Below, one piece after another: positions 13,501 through 29,000 of a stretch of DNA of 64,000 nucleotides. The notes under the pieces were generated by a model. That model was not told where the DNA came from and searched no databases. It saw only the letters and a program-made list of their open reading frames with translations. The stretch spans positions 19,778,001 through 19,842,000 of the forward strand of contig OZ059897.1 of NCBI GenBank assembly GCA_964057225.1. The letters are read 5' to 3'. Source of the stretch: Auanema rhodensis. Lineage: Eukaryota > Animalia > Nematoda. Position 1 is the first letter of the stretch. The number at the start of each line of letters is the position of its first letter. The translations under genes and the position numbers were made by a program.

Positions 13501-16500
13501 TATCAGTTGATATCTCGGTGCATTTTTAAGCTAGCGCAAATCTGATAACACAGATCGACGCAGCTTAAAAATCCGCATCGAATGCACTATACTACATTGA
13601 AAAACGCTTGATACAAAAATTAGTTATAATCTTTTGAAAAATGATGCATTAGTGTATGTTGAGTTTCCATGTACACTCAACATTGCTTCCAAAAACATTT
13701 TGACAAAAATTTTTTCGAAAAATTTCAAAATAATTTAGCAAAAAGTAGATGTTTTAAGATTCCATTTTTCTAGGCAAAGACGATGGACAATGTTATTCAA
13801 CGAAAAAATTAATTCTTCAGGGGGAAAATCGAGGATATAAGTGTGAACTTATATCAGTTGATATCTCGGTGCATTTTTAAGCTAGCGCAAATCTGATAAC
13901 ACAGATCGACGCAGCTTAAAAATCCGCATCGAATGCACTATACTACATTGAAAAACGCTTGATACAAAAATTAGTTATGATCTTTTGAAAAATGATGCAT
14001 TAGTGTATGTTGAGTTTCCATGTACACTCAACATTGCTTCCAAAAACATTTTGACAAAAATTTTTTCGAAAAATTTCAAAATAATTTAGCAAAAAGTAGA
14101 TGTTTTAAGATTCCATTTTTCTAGGCAAAGACGATGGACAATGTTATTCAACGAAAAAATTAATTCTTCAGGGGGAAAATCGAGGATATAAGTGTGAACT
14201 TATATCAGTTGATATCTCGGTGCATTTTTAAGCTAGCGCAAATCTGATAACACAGATCGACGCAGCTTAAAAATCCGCATCGAATGCACTATACTACATT
14301 GAAAAACGCTTGATACAAAAATTAGTTATGATCTTTTGAAAAATGATGCATTAGTGTATGTTGAGTTTCCATGTACACTCAACATTGCTTCCAAAAACAT
14401 TTTGACAAAAATTTTTTCGAAAAATTTCAAAATAATTTAGCAAAAAGTAGATGTTTTTAGATTCCATTTCTCAAGGCAAAGACGATAGACAATGTTATTC
14501 AACGAAAAAATTAATTCTTCAGGGTGAAAATCGAGGATATAAGTGTGAACTTATATCAGTTGATATCTCGGTGCATTTTTAAGCTAGCGCAAATCTGATA
14601 GCACAGATCGACGCAGCTCAAAAATCCGGATCGAATGCACTATACTACATTAAGAAACGCTTGATACAAAAATTAGTTATGATCGTTTGAAAAATGATGC
14701 ATTAGTGTATGTTGAGTTTCCATGTACACTCAACATTGCTTCCAAAAACATTTTGACAAAAATTTTTTCGAAAAATTTCAAAATAATTTAGCAAAAAGTA
14801 GATGTTTTAAGATTCCATTTTTCTAGGCAAAGACGATGGACAATGTTATTCAACGAAAAAATTAATTCTTCAGGGGGAAAATCGAGGATATAAGTGTGAA
14901 CTTATATCAGTTGATATCTCGGTGCATTTTTAAGCTAGCGCAAATCTGATAACACAGATCGACGCAGCTTAAAAATCCGCATCGAATGCACTATACTACA
15001 TTGAAAAACGCTTGATACAAAAATTAGTTATGATCTTTTGAAAAATGATGCATTAGTGTATGTTGAGTTTCCATGTACACTCAACATTGCTTCCAAAAAC
15101 ATTTTGACAAAAATTTTTTCGAAAAATTTCAAAATAATTTAGCAAAAAGTAGATGTTTTTAGATTCCATTTCTCAAGGCAAAGACGATAGACAATGTTAT
15201 TCAACGAAAAAATTAATTCTTCAGGGTGAAAATCGAGGATATAAGTGTGAACTTATATCAGTTGATATCTCGGTGCATTTTTAAGCTAGCGCAAATCTGA
15301 TAACACAGATCGACGCAGCTTAAAAATCCGCATCGAATGCACTATACTACATTGAGAAACGCTTAATACAAAAATTAGTTATGATCGTTTGAAAAATGAT
15401 GCATTAGTGTATGTTGAGTTTCCATGTACACTCAACATTGCTTCCAAAAACAATTTGACAAAAATTTTTTCGAAAAATTTCAAAATAATTTAGCAAAAAG
15501 TAGATGTTTTTAGATTCCTTTTTTCAAGGCAAAGACGATGGACAATGTTATTCAACGAAAAAATTATTTCTTCAGGGTGAAAATCGAGGATATAAGTGTG
15601 AACTTATATCAGTTGATATCTCGGTGCATTTTTAAGCTAGCGCAAATCTGATAACACAGATCGACGCAGCTTAAAAATCCGCATCGAATGCACTATACTA
15701 CATTGAAAAACGCTTGATACAAAAATTAGTTATAATCTTTTGAAAAATGATGCATTAGTGTATGTTGAGTTTCCATGTACACTCAACATTGCTTCCAAAA
15801 ACATTTTGACAAAAATTTTTTCGAAAAATTTCAAAATAATTTAGCAAAAAGTAGATGTTTTAAGATTCCATTTTTCTAGGCAAAGACGATGGACAATGTT
15901 ATTCAACGAAAAAATTAATTCTTCAGGGGGAAAATCGAGGATATAAGTGTGAACTTATATCAGTTGATATCTCGGTGCATTTTTAAGCTAGCGCAAATCT
16001 GATAACACAGATCGACGCAGCTTAAAAATCCGCATCGAATGCACTATACTACATTGAAAAACGCTTGATACAAAAATTAGTTATGATCTTTTGAAAAATG
16101 ATGCATTAGTGTATGTTGAGTTTCCATGTACACTCAACATTGCTTCCAAAAACATTTTGACAAAAATTTTTTCGAAAAATTTCAAAATAATTTAGCAAAA
16201 AGTAGATGTTTTTAGATTCCATTTCTCAAGGCAAAGACGATAGACAATGTTATTCAACGAAAAAATTAATTCTTCAGGGTGAAAATCGAGGATATAAGTG
16301 TGAACTTATATCAGTTGATATCTCGGTGCATTTTTAAGCTAGCGCAAATCTGATAACACAGATCGACGCAGCTTAAAAATCCGCATCGAATGCACTATAC
16401 TACATTGAGAAACGCTTAATACAAAAATTAGTTATGATCGTTTGAAAAATGATGCATTAGTGTATGTTGAGTTTCCATGTACACTCAACATTGCTTCCAA

Positions 16501-18603
16501 AAACAATTTGACAAAAATTTTTTCGAAAAATTTCAAAATAATTTAGCAAAAAGTAGATGTTTTTAGATTCCTTTTTTCAAGGCAAAGACGATGGACAATG
16601 TTATTCAACGAAAAAATTATTTCTTCAGGGTGAAAATCGAGGATATAAGTGTGAACTTATATCAGTTGATATCTCGGTGCATTTTTAAGCTAGCGCAAAT
16701 CTGATAACACAGATCGACGCAGCTTAAAAATCCGCATCGAATGCACTATACTACATTGAAAAACGCTTGATACAAAAATTAGTTATAATCTTTTGAAAAA
16801 TGATGCATTAGTGTATGTTGAGTTTCCATGTACACTCAACATTGCTTCCAAAAACATTTTGACAAAAATTTTTTCGAAAAATTTCAAAATAATTTAGCAA
16901 AAAGTAGATGTTTTTAGATTCCATTTCTCAAGGCAAAGACGATAGACAATGTTATTCAACGAAAAAATTAATTCTTCAGGGTGAAAATCGAGGATATAAG
17001 TGTGAACTTATATCAGTTGATATCTCGGTGCATTTTTACGCTAGCGCAGATCTGATAACACAGATCGACGCAGCTTAAAAATCCGCATCGAATGCACTAT
17101 ACTACATTGAGAAACGCTTAATACAAAAATTAGTTATGATCGTTTGAAAAATGATGCATTAGTGTATGTTGAGTTTCCATGTACACTCAACATTGCTTCC
17201 AAAAACATTTTGACAAAAATTTTTTCGAAAAATTTCAAGATAATTTAGCAAAAAGTAGATGTTTTTAGATTCCTTTTTTCAAGGCAAAGACGATGGACAA
17301 TGTTATTCAACGAAAAAATTATTTCTTCAGGGTGAAAATCGAGGATATAAGTGTGAACTTATATCAGTTGATATCTCGGTGCATTTTTAAGCTAGCGCAA
17401 ATCTGATAGCACAGATCGACGCAGCTCAAAAATCCGGATCGAATGCACTATACTACATTAAGAAACGCTTGATACAAAAATTAGTTATGATCGTTTGAAA
17501 AATGATGCATTAGTGTATGTTGAGTTTCCATGTACACTCAACATTGCTTCCAAAAACATTTTGACAAAAATTTTTTCGAAAAATTTCAAAATAATTTAGC
17601 AAAAAGTAGATGTTTTTAGATTTCATTTTTCAAGGCAAAGACGATGGACAATGTTATTCAACGAAAAAATTAATTCTTCAGGGTGAAAATCGAGGATATA
17701 AGTGTGAACATATATCAGTTGATATCTCGGTGCATTTTTAAGCTAGCGCAAATCTGATAACACAGATCGACGCAGCTTAAAAATCCGCATCGAATGCACT
17801 ATACTACATTGAGAAACACTTGATACAAAAATTAGTTATGATCGTTTGAAAAATGATGCATTAGTGTATGTTGAGTTTCCATGTACACTCAACATTGCTT
17901 CCAAAAACATTTTGACAAAAATTTTTTCGAAAAATTTCAAAATAATTTAGCAAAAAGTAGATGTTTTAAGATTCCATTTTTCTATGCAAAGACGATGGAC
18001 AATGTTATTCAACGAAAAAATTAATTCTTCAGGGGGAAAATCGAGGATATAAGTGTGAACTTATATCAGTTGATATCTCGGTGCATTTTTAAGCTAGCGC
18101 AAATCTGATAACACAGATCGACGCAGCTTAAAAATCCGCATCGAATGCACTATACTACATTGAGAAACGCTTAATACAAAAATTAGTTATGATCGTTTGA
18201 AAAATGATGCATTAGTGTATGTTGAGTTTCCATGTACACTCAACATTGCTTCCAAAAACATTTTGACAAAAATTTTTTCGAAAAATTTCAAAATAATTTA
18301 GCAAAAAGTAGATGTTTTAAGATTCCATTTTTCAAGGCAAAGACGATGGACAATGTTATTCAACGAAAAAATTAATTCTTCAGGGTGAAAATCGAGGATA
18401 TAAGTGTGAACTTATATCAGTTGATATCTCGGTGCATTTTTAAGCTAGCGCAAATCTGATAACACAGATCGACGCAGCTTAAAAATCCGCATCGAATGCA
18501 CTATACTACATTGAGAAACGCTTAATACAAAAATTAGTTATGATCGTTTGAAAAATGATGCATTAGTGTATGTTGAGTTTCCATGTACACTCAACATTGC
18601 TTC
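10531..18603. repeat. Diverged sub-array built from monomer types D, E, C, F, C' (irregular 3- to 5-mer HOR)
   Basis: D = A40G, A210G, T228C, C238G, G261A. E = T67A, A82T, T134G. C = T79C. F = T9A, G290A. C' = T79C, A191C, A201G. Order read from 10531: D E C F C' D E C F E E (C/D) E C F E C F C' D, then three transitional monomers. Confidence 0.85.
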
Positions 18604-20007
18604 CAAAAACATTTTGACAAAAATTTTTTCGAAAAATTTCAAAATAATTTAGCAAAAAGTAGATGTTTTTAGATTCCTTTTTTCAAGGCAAAGACGATGG
18701 ACAATGTTATTCAACGAAAAAATTATTTCTTCAGGGTGAAAATCGAGGATATAAGTGTGAACTTATATCAGTTGATATCTCGGTGCATTTTTAAGCTAGC
18801 GCAAATCTGATAACACAGATCGACGCAGCTTAAAAATCCGCATCGAATGCACTATACTACATTGAAAAACGCTTGATACAAAAATTAGTTATGATCTTTT
18901 GAAAAATGATGCATTAGTGTATGTTGAGTTTCCATGTACACTCAACATTGCTTCCAAAAACATTTTGACAAAAATTTTTTCGAAAAATTTCAAAATAATT
19001 TAGCAAAAAGTAGATGTTTTTAGATTCCATTTCTCAAGGCAAAGACGACAGACAATGTTATTCAACGAAAAAATTAATTCTTCAGGGTGAAAATCGAGGA
19101 TATAAGTGTGAACTTATATCAGTTGATATCTCGGTGCATTTTTAAGCTAGCGCAAATCTGATAACACAGATCGACGCAGCTTAAAAATCCGCATCGAATG
19201 CACTATACTACATTGAGAAACGCTTAATACAAAAATTAGTTATGATCGTTTGAAAAATGATGCATTAGTGTATGTTGAGTTTCCATGTACACTCAACATT
19301 GCTTCCAAAAACATTTTGTCAAAAATTTTTTCGAAAAATTTCAAAATAATTTAGCAAAAAGTAGATGTTTTTAGATTCCATTTTTCAAGGCAAAGACGAT
19401 AGACAATGTTATTCAACGAAAAAATTAATTCTTCAGGGTGAAAATCGAGGATATAAGTGTGAACTTATATCAGTTGATATCTCGGTGCATTTTTAAGCTA
19501 GCGCAAATCTGATAACACAGATCGACGCAGCTTAAAAATCCGCATCGAATGCACTATACTACATTGAGAAACGCTTAATACAAAAATTAGTTATGATCGT
19601 TTGAAAAATGATGCATTAGTGTATGTTGAGTTTCCATGTACACTCAACATTGCTTCCAAAAACATTTTGACAAAAATTTTTTTGAAAAAATTCAAAATAA
19701 TTTAGCAAAAAGTAGATGTTTTTAGATTCCTTTTTTCAAGGCAAAGACGATGGACAATGTTATTCAACGAAAAAATTATTTCTTCAGGGTGAAAATCGAG
19801 GATATAAGTGTGAACTTATATCAGTTGATATCTCGGTGCATTTTTAAGCTAGCGCAAATCTGATAACACAGATCGACGCAGCTTAAAAATCCGCATCGAA
19901 TGCACTATACTACATTGAAAAACGCTTGATACAAAAATTAGTTATGATCTTTTGAAAAATGATGCATTAGTGTATGTTGAGTTTCCATGTACACTCAACA
20001 TTGCTTC

Positions 20008-23000
20008 CAAAAACATTTTGACAAAAATTTTTTCGAAAAATTTCAAAATAATTTAGCAAAAAGTAGATGTTTTTAGATTCCTTTTTTCAAGGCAAAGACG
20101 ATGGACAATGTTATTCAACGAAAAAATTATTTCTTCAGGGTGAAAATCGAGGATATAAGTGTGAACTTATATCAGTTGATATCTCGGTGCATTTTTAAGC
20201 TAGCGCAAATCTGATAACACAGATCGACGCAGCTTAAAAATCCGCATCGAATGCACTATACTACATTGGAAAACGCTTGATACAAAAATTAGTTATGATC
20301 TTTTGAAAAATGATGCATTAGTGTATGTTGAGTTTCCATGTACACTCAACATTGCTTCCAAAAACATTTTGACAAAAATTTTTTCGAAAAATTTCAAAAT
20401 AATTTAGCAAAAAGTAGATGTTTTTAGATTCCATTTCTCAAGGCAAAGACGATAGACAATGTTATTCAACGAAAAAATTAATTCTTCAGGGTGAAAATCG
20501 AGGATATAAGTGTGAACTTATATCAGTTGATATCTCGGTGCATTTTTAAGCTAGCGCAAATCTGATAACACAGATCGACGCAGCTTAAAAATCCGCATCG
20601 AATGCACTATACTACATTGAGAAACGCTTAATACAAAAATTAGTTATGATCGTTTGAAAAATGATGCATTAGTGTATGTTGAGTTTCCATGTACACTCAA
20701 CATTGCTTCCAAAAACATTTTGACAAAAATTTTTTCGAAAAATTTCAAAATAATTTAGCAAAAAGTAGATGTTTTTAGATTCCATTTTTCAAGGCAAAGA
20801 CGATAGACAATGTTATTCAACGAAAAAATTAATTCTTCAGGGTGAAAATCGAGGATATAAGTGTGAACTTATATCAGTTGATATCTCGGTGCATTTTTAA
20901 GCTAGCGCAAATCTGATAACACAGATCGACGCAGCTTAAAAATCCGCATCGAATGCACTATACTACATTGAGAAACGCTTAATACAAAAATTAGTTATGA
21001 TCGTTTGAAAAATGATGCATTAGTGTATGTTGAGTTTCCATGTACACTCAACATTGCTTCCAAAAACATTTTGACAAAAATGTTTTCGAAAAATTTCAAA
21101 ATAATTTAGCAAAAAGTAGATGTTTTTAGATTCCATTTTTCAAGGCAAAGACGATGGACAATGTTATTCAACGAAAAAATTAATTCTTCAGGGTGAAAAT
21201 CGAGGATATAAGTGTGAACTTATATCAGTTGATATCTCGGTGCATTTTTAAGCTAGCGCAAATCTGATAACACAGATCGACGCAGCTTAAAATTCCGCAT
21301 CGAATGCACTATACTACATTGAGAAACGCTTAATACAAAAATTAGTTATGATCGTTTGAAAAATGATGCATTAGTGTATGTTGAGTTTCCATGTACACTC
21401 AACATTGCTTCCAAAAACATTTTGACAAAAATTTTTTTGAAAAAATTCAAAATAATTTAGCAAAAAGTAGATGTTTTTAGATTCCTTTTTTCAAGGCAAA
21501 GACGATGGACAATGTTATTCAACGAAAAAATTAATTCTTCAGGGTGAAAATCGAGGATATAAGTGTGAACTTATATCAGTTGATATCTCGGTGCATTTTT
21601 AAGCTAGCGCAAATCTGATAACACAGATCGACGCAGCTTAAAATTCCGCATCGAATGCACTATACTACATTGAGAAACGCTTAATACAAAAATTAGTTAT
21701 GATCGTTTGAAAAATGATGCATTAGTGTATGTTGAGTTTCCATGTACACTCAACATTGCTTCCAAAAACATTTTGACAAAAATGTTTTCGAAAAATTTCA
21801 AAATAATTTAGCAAAAAGTAGATGTTTTTAGATTCCATTTTTCAAGGCAAAGACGATGGACAATGTTATTCAACGAAAAAATTAATTCTTCAGGGTGAAA
21901 ATCGAGGATATAAGTGTGAACTTATATCAGTTGATATCTCGGTGCATTTTTAAGCTAGCGCAAATCTGATAACACAGATCGACGCAGCTTAAAATTCCGC
22001 ATCGAATGCACTATACTACATTGAGAAACGCTTAATACAAAAATTAGTTATGATCGTTTGAAAAATGATGCATTAGTGTATGTTGAGTTTCCATGTACAC
22101 TCAACATTGCTTCCAAAAACATTTTGACAAAAATTTTTTTGAAAAAATTCAAAATAATTTAGCAAAAAGTAGATGTTTTTAGATTCCTTTTTTCAAGGCA
22201 AAGACGATGGACAATGTTATTCAACGAAAAAATTAATTCTTCAGGGTGAAAATCGAGGATATAAGTGTGAACTTATATCAGTTGATATCTCGGTGCATTT
22301 TTAAGCTAGCGCAAATCTGATAACACAGATCGACGCAGCTTAAAAATCCGCATCGAATGCACTATACTACATTGAGAAACGCTTAATACAAAAATTAGTT
22401 ATGATCGTTTGAAAAATGATGCATTAGTGTATGTTGAGTTTCCATGTACACTCAACATTGCTTCCAAAAACATTTTGACAAAAATGTTTTCGAAAAATTT
22501 CAAAATAATTTAGCAAAAAGTAGATGTTTTTAGATTCCATTTTTCAAGGCAAAGACGATGGACAATGTTATTCAACGAAAAAATTAATTCTTCAGGGTGA
22601 AAATCGAGGATATAAGTGTGAACTTATATCAGTTGATATCTCGGTGCATTTTTAAGCTAGCGCAAATCTGATAACACAGATCGACGCAGCTTAAAAATCC
22701 GCATCGAATGCACTATACTACATTGAAAAACGCTTGATACAAAAATTAGTTATGATCTTTTGAAAAATGATGCATTAGTGTATGTTGAGTTTCCATGTAC
22801 ACTCAACATTGCTTCCAAAAACATTTTGACAAAAATTTTTTCGAAAAATTTCAAAATAATTTAGCAAAAAGTAGATGTTTTTAGATTCCTTTTTTCAAGG
22901 CAAAGACGATGGACAATGTTATTCAACGAAAAAATTATTTCTTCAGGGTGAAAATCGAGGATATAAGTGTGAACTTATATCAGTTGATATCTCGGTGCAT

Positions 23001-26000
23001 TTTTAAGCTAGCGCAAATCTGATAACACAGATCGACGCAGCTTAAAAATCCGCATCGAATGCACTATACTACATTGAAAAACGCTTGATACAAAAATTAG
23101 TTATGATCTTTTGAAAAATGATGCATTAGTGTATGTTGAGTTTCCATGTACACTCAACATTGCTTCCAAAAACATTTTGACAAAAATTTTTTCGAAAAAT
23201 TTCAAAATAATTTAGCAAAAAGTAGATGTTTTTAGATTCCTTTTTTCAAGGCAAAGACGATGGACAATGTTATTCAACGAAAAAATTATTTCTTCAGGGT
23301 GAAAATCGAGGATATAAGTGTGAACTTATATCAGTTGATATCTCGGTGCATTTTTAAGCTAGCGCAAATCTGATAACACAGATCGACGCAGCTTAAAAAT
23401 CCGCATCGAATGCACTATACTACATTGGAAAACGCTTGATACAAAAATTAGTTATGATCTTTTGAAAAATGATGCATTAGTGTATGTTGAGTTTCCATGT
23501 ACACTCAACATTGCTTCCAAAAACATTTTGACAAAAATTTTTTCGAAAAATTTCAAAATAATTTAGCAAAAAGTAGATGTTTTTAGATTCCATTTCTCAA
23601 GGCAAAGACGATAGACAATGTTATTCAACGAAAAAATTAATTCTTCAGGGTGAAAATCGAGGATATAAGTGTGAACTTATATCAGTTGATATCTCGGTGC
23701 ATTTTTAAGCTAGCGCAAATCTGATAACACAGATCGACGCAGCTTAAAAATCCGCATCGAATGCACTATACTACATTGAGAAACGCTTAATACAAAAATT
23801 AGTTATGATCGTTTGAAAAATGATGCATTAGTGTATGTTGAGTTTCCATGTACACTCAACATTGCTTCCAAAAACATTTTGACAAAAATTTTTTCGAAAA
23901 ATTTCAAAATAATTTAGCAAAAAGTAGATGTTTTTAGATTCCATTTTTCAAGGCAAAGACGATAGACAATGTTATTCAACGAAAAAATTAATTCTTCAGG
24001 GTGAAAATCGAGGATATAAGTGTGAACTTATATCAGTTGATATCTCGGTGCATTTTTAAGCTAGCGCAAATCTGATAACACAGATCGACGCAGCTTAAAA
24101 ATCCGCATCGAATGCACTATACTACATTGAGAAACGCTTAATACAAAAATTAGTTATGATCGTTTGAAAAATGATGCATTAGTGTATGTTGAGTTTCCAT
24201 GTACACTCAACATTGCTTCCAAAAACATTTTGACAAAAATGTTTTCGAAAAATTTCAAAATAATTTAGCAAAAAGTAGATGTTTTTAGATTCCATTTTTC
24301 AAGGCAAAGACGATGGACAATGTTATTCAACGAAAAAATTAATTCTTCAGGGTGAAAATCGAGGATATAAGTGTGAACTTATATCAGTTGATATCTCGGT
24401 GCATTTTTAAGCTAGCGCAAATCTGATAACACAGATCGACGCAGCTTAAAATTCCGCATCGAATGCACTATACTACATTGAGAAACGCTTAATACAAAAA
24501 TTAGTTATGATCGTTTGAAAAATGATGCATTAGTGTATGTTGAGTTTCCATGTACACTCAACATTGCTTCCAAAAACATTTTGACAAAAATTTTTTTGAA
24601 AAAATTCAAAATAATTTAGCAAAAAGTAGATGTTTTTAGATTCCTTTTTTCAAGGCAAAGACGATGGACAATGTTATTCAACGAAAAAATTAATTCTTCA
24701 GGGTGAAAATCGAGGATATAAGTGTGAACTTATATCAGTTGATATCTCGGTGCATTTTTAAGCTAGCGCAAATCTGATAACACAGATCGACGCAGCTTAA
24801 AATTCCGCATCGAATGCACTATACTACATTGAGAAACGCTTAATACAAAAATTAGTTATGATCGTTTGAAAAATGATGCATTAGTGTATGTTGAGTTTCC
24901 ATGTACACTCAACATTGCTTCCAAAAACATTTTGACAAAAATGTTTTCGAAAAATTTCAAAATAATTTAGCAAAAAGTAGATGTTTTTAGATTCCATTTT
25001 TCAAGGCAAAGACGATGGACAATGTTATTCAACGAAAAAATTAATTCTTCAGGGTGAAAATCGAGGATATAAGTGTGAACTTATATCAGTTGATATCTCG
25101 GTGCATTTTTAAGCTAGCGCAAATCTGATAACACAGATCGACGCAGCTTAAAATTCCGCATCGAATGCACTATACTACATTGAGAAACGCTTAATACAAA
25201 AATTAGTTATGATCGTTTGAAAAATGATGCATTAGTGTATGTTGAGTTTCCATGTACACTCAACATTGCTTCCAAAAACATTTTGACAAAAATTTTTTTG
25301 AAAAAATTCAAAATAATTTAGCAAAAAGTAGATGTTTTTAGATTCCTTTTTTCAAGGCAAAGACGATGGACAATGTTATTCAACGAAAAAATTAATTCTT
25401 CAGGGTGAAAATCGAGGATATAAGTGTGAACTTATATCAGTTGATATCTCGGTGCATTTTTAAGCTAGCGCAAATCTGATAACACAGATCGACGCAGCTT
25501 AAAAATCCGCATCGAATGCACTATACTACATTGAGAAACGCTTAATACAAAAATTAGTTATGATCGTTTGAAAAATGATGCATTAGTGTATGTTGAGTTT
25601 CCATGTACACTCAACATTGCTTCCAAAAACATTTTGACAAAAATGTTTTCGAAAAATTTCAAAATAATTTAGCAAAAAGTAGATGTTTTTAGATTCCATT
25701 TTTCAAGGCAAAGACGATGGACAATGTTATTCAACGAAAAAATTAATTCTTCAGGGTGAAAATCGAGGATATAAGTGTGAACTTATATCAGTTGATATCT
25801 CGGTGCATTTTTAAGCTAGCGCAAATCTGATAACACAGATCGACGCAGCTTAAAAATCCGCATCGAATGCACTATACTACATTGAAAAACGCTTGATACA
25901 AAAATTAGTTATGATCTTTTGAAAAATGATGCATTAGTGTATGTTGAGTTTCCATGTACACTCAACATTGCTTCCAAAAACATTTTGACAAAAATTTTTT

Positions 26001-29000
26001 CGAAAAATTTCAAAATAATTTAGCAAAAAGTAGATGTTTTTAGATTCCTTTTTTCAAGGCAAAGACGATGGACAATGTTATTCAACGAAAAAATTATTTC
26101 TTCAGGGTGAAAATCGAGGATATAAGTGTGAACTTATATCAGTTGATATCTCGGTGCATTTTTAAGCTAGCGCAAATCTGATAACACAGATCGACGCAGC
26201 TTAAAAATCCGCATCGAATGCACTATACTACATTGAAAAACGCTTGATACAAAAATTAGTTATGATCTTTTGAAAAATGATGCATTAGTGTATGTTGAGT
26301 TTCCATGTACACTCAACATTGCTTCCAAAAACATTTTGACAAAAATTTTTTCGAAAAATTTCAAAATAATTTAGCAAAAAGTAGATGTTTTTAGATTCCT
26401 TTTTTCAAGGCAAAGACGATGGACAATGTTATTCAACGAAAAAATTATTTCTTCAGGGTGAAAATCGAGGATATAAGTGTGAACTTATATCAGTTGATAT
26501 CTCGGTGCATTTTTAAGCTAGCGCAAATCTGATAACACAGATCGACGCAGCTTAAAAATCCGCATCGAATGCACTATACTACATTGGAAAACGCTTGATA
26601 CAAAAATTAGTTATGATCTTTTGAAAAATGATGCATTAGTGTATGTTGAGTTTCCATGTACACTCAACATTGCTTCCAAAAACATTTTGACAAAAATTTT
26701 TTCGAAAAATTTCAAAATAATTTAGCAAAAAGTAGATGTTTTTAGATTCCATTTCTCAAGGCAAAGACGATAGACAATGTTATTCAACGAAAAAATTAAT
26801 TCTTCAGGGTGAAAATCGAGGATATAAGTGTGAACTTATATCAGTTGATATCTCGGTGCATTTTTAAGCTAGCGCAAATCTGATAACACAGATCGACGCA
26901 GCTTAAAAATCCGCATCGAATGCACTATACTACATTGAGAAACGCTTAATACAAAAATTAGTTATGATCGTTTGAAAAATGATGCATTAGTGTATGTTGA
27001 GTTTCCATGTACACTCAACATTGCTTCCAAAAACATTTTGACAAAAATTTTTTCGAAAAATTTCAAAATAATTTAGCAAAAAGTAGATGTTTTTAGATTC
27101 CATTTTTCAAGGCAAAGACGATAGACAATGTTATTCAACGAAAAAATTAATTCTTCAGGGTGAAAATCGAGGATATAAGTGTGAACTTATATCAGTTGAT
27201 ATCTCGGTGCATTTTTAAGCTAGCGCAAATCTGATAACACAGATCGACGCAGCTTAAAAATCCGCATCGAATGCACTATACTACATTGAGAAACGCTTAA
27301 TACAAAAATTAGTTATGATCGTTTGAAAAATGATGCATTAGTGTATGTTGAGTTTCCATGTACACTCAACATTGCTTCCAAAAACATTTTGACAAAAATG
27401 TTTTCGAAAAATTTCAAAATAATTTAGCAAAAAGTAGATGTTTTTAGATTCCATTTTTCAAGGCAAAGACGATGGACAATGTTATTCAACGAAAAAATTA
27501 ATTCTTCAGGGTGAAAATCGAGGATATAAGTGTGAACTTATATCAGTTGATATCTCGGTGCATTTTTAAGCTAGCGCAAATCTGATAACACAGATCGACG
27601 CAGCTTAAAATTCCGCATCGAATGCACTATACTACATTGAGAAACGCTTAATACAAAAATTAGTTATGATCGTTTGAAAAATGATGCATTAGTGTATGTT
27701 GAGTTTCCATGTACACTCAACATTGCTTCCAAAAACATTTTGACAAAAATTTTTTTGAAAAAATTCAAAATAATTTAGCAAAAAGTAGATGTTTTTAGAT
27801 TCCTTTTTTCAAGGCAAAGACGATGGACAATGTTATTCAACGAAAAAATTAATTCTTCAGGGTGAAAATCGAGGATATAAGTGTGAACTTATATCAGTTG
27901 ATATCTCGGTGCATTTTTAAGCTAGCGCAAATCTGATAACACAGATCGACGCAGCTTAAAATTCCGCATCGAATGCACTATACTACATTGAGAAACGCTT
28001 AATACAAAAATTAGTTATGATCGTTTGAAAAATGATGCATTAGTGTATGTTGAGTTTCCATGTACACTCAACATTGCTTCCAAAAACATTTTGACAAAAA
28101 TGTTTTCGAAAAATTTCAAAATAATTTAGCAAAAAGTAGATGTTTTTAGATTCCATTTTTCAAGGCAAAGACGATGGACAATGTTATTCAACGAAAAAAT
28201 TAATTCTTCAGGGTGAAAATCGAGGATATAAGTGTGAACTTATATCAGTTGATATCTCGGTGCATTTTTAAGCTAGCGCAAATCTGATAACACAGATCGA
28301 CGCAGCTTAAAATTCCGCATCGAATGCACTATACTACATTGAGAAACGCTTAATACAAAAATTAGTTATGATCGTTTGAAAAATGATGCATTAGTGTATG
28401 TTGAGTTTCCATGTACACTCAACATTGCTTCCAAAAACATTTTGACAAAAATTTTTTTGAAAAAATTCAAAATAATTTAGCAAAAAGTAGATGTTTTTAG
28501 ATTCCTTTTTTCAAGGCAAAGACGATGGACAATGTTATTCAACGAAAAAATTAATTCTTCAGGGTGAAAATCGAGGATATAAGTGTGAACTTATATCAGT
28601 TGATATCTCGGTGCATTTTTAAGCTAGCGCAAATCTGATAACACAGATCGACGCAGCTTAAAAATCCGCATCGAATGCACTATACTACATTGAGAAACGC
28701 TTAATACAAAAATTAGTTATGATCGTTTGAAAAATGATGCATTAGTGTATGTTGAGTTTCCATGTACACTCAACATTGCTTCCAAAAACATTTTGACAAA
28801 AATGTTTTCGAAAAATTTCAAAATAATTTAGCAAAAAGTAGATGTTTTTAGATTCCATTTTTCAAGGCAAAGACGATGGACAATGTTATTCAACGAAAAA
28901 ATTAATTCTTCAGGGTGAAAATCGAGGATATAAGTGTGAACTTATATCAGTTGATATCTCGGTGCATTTTTAAGCTAGCGCAAATCTGATAACACAGATC

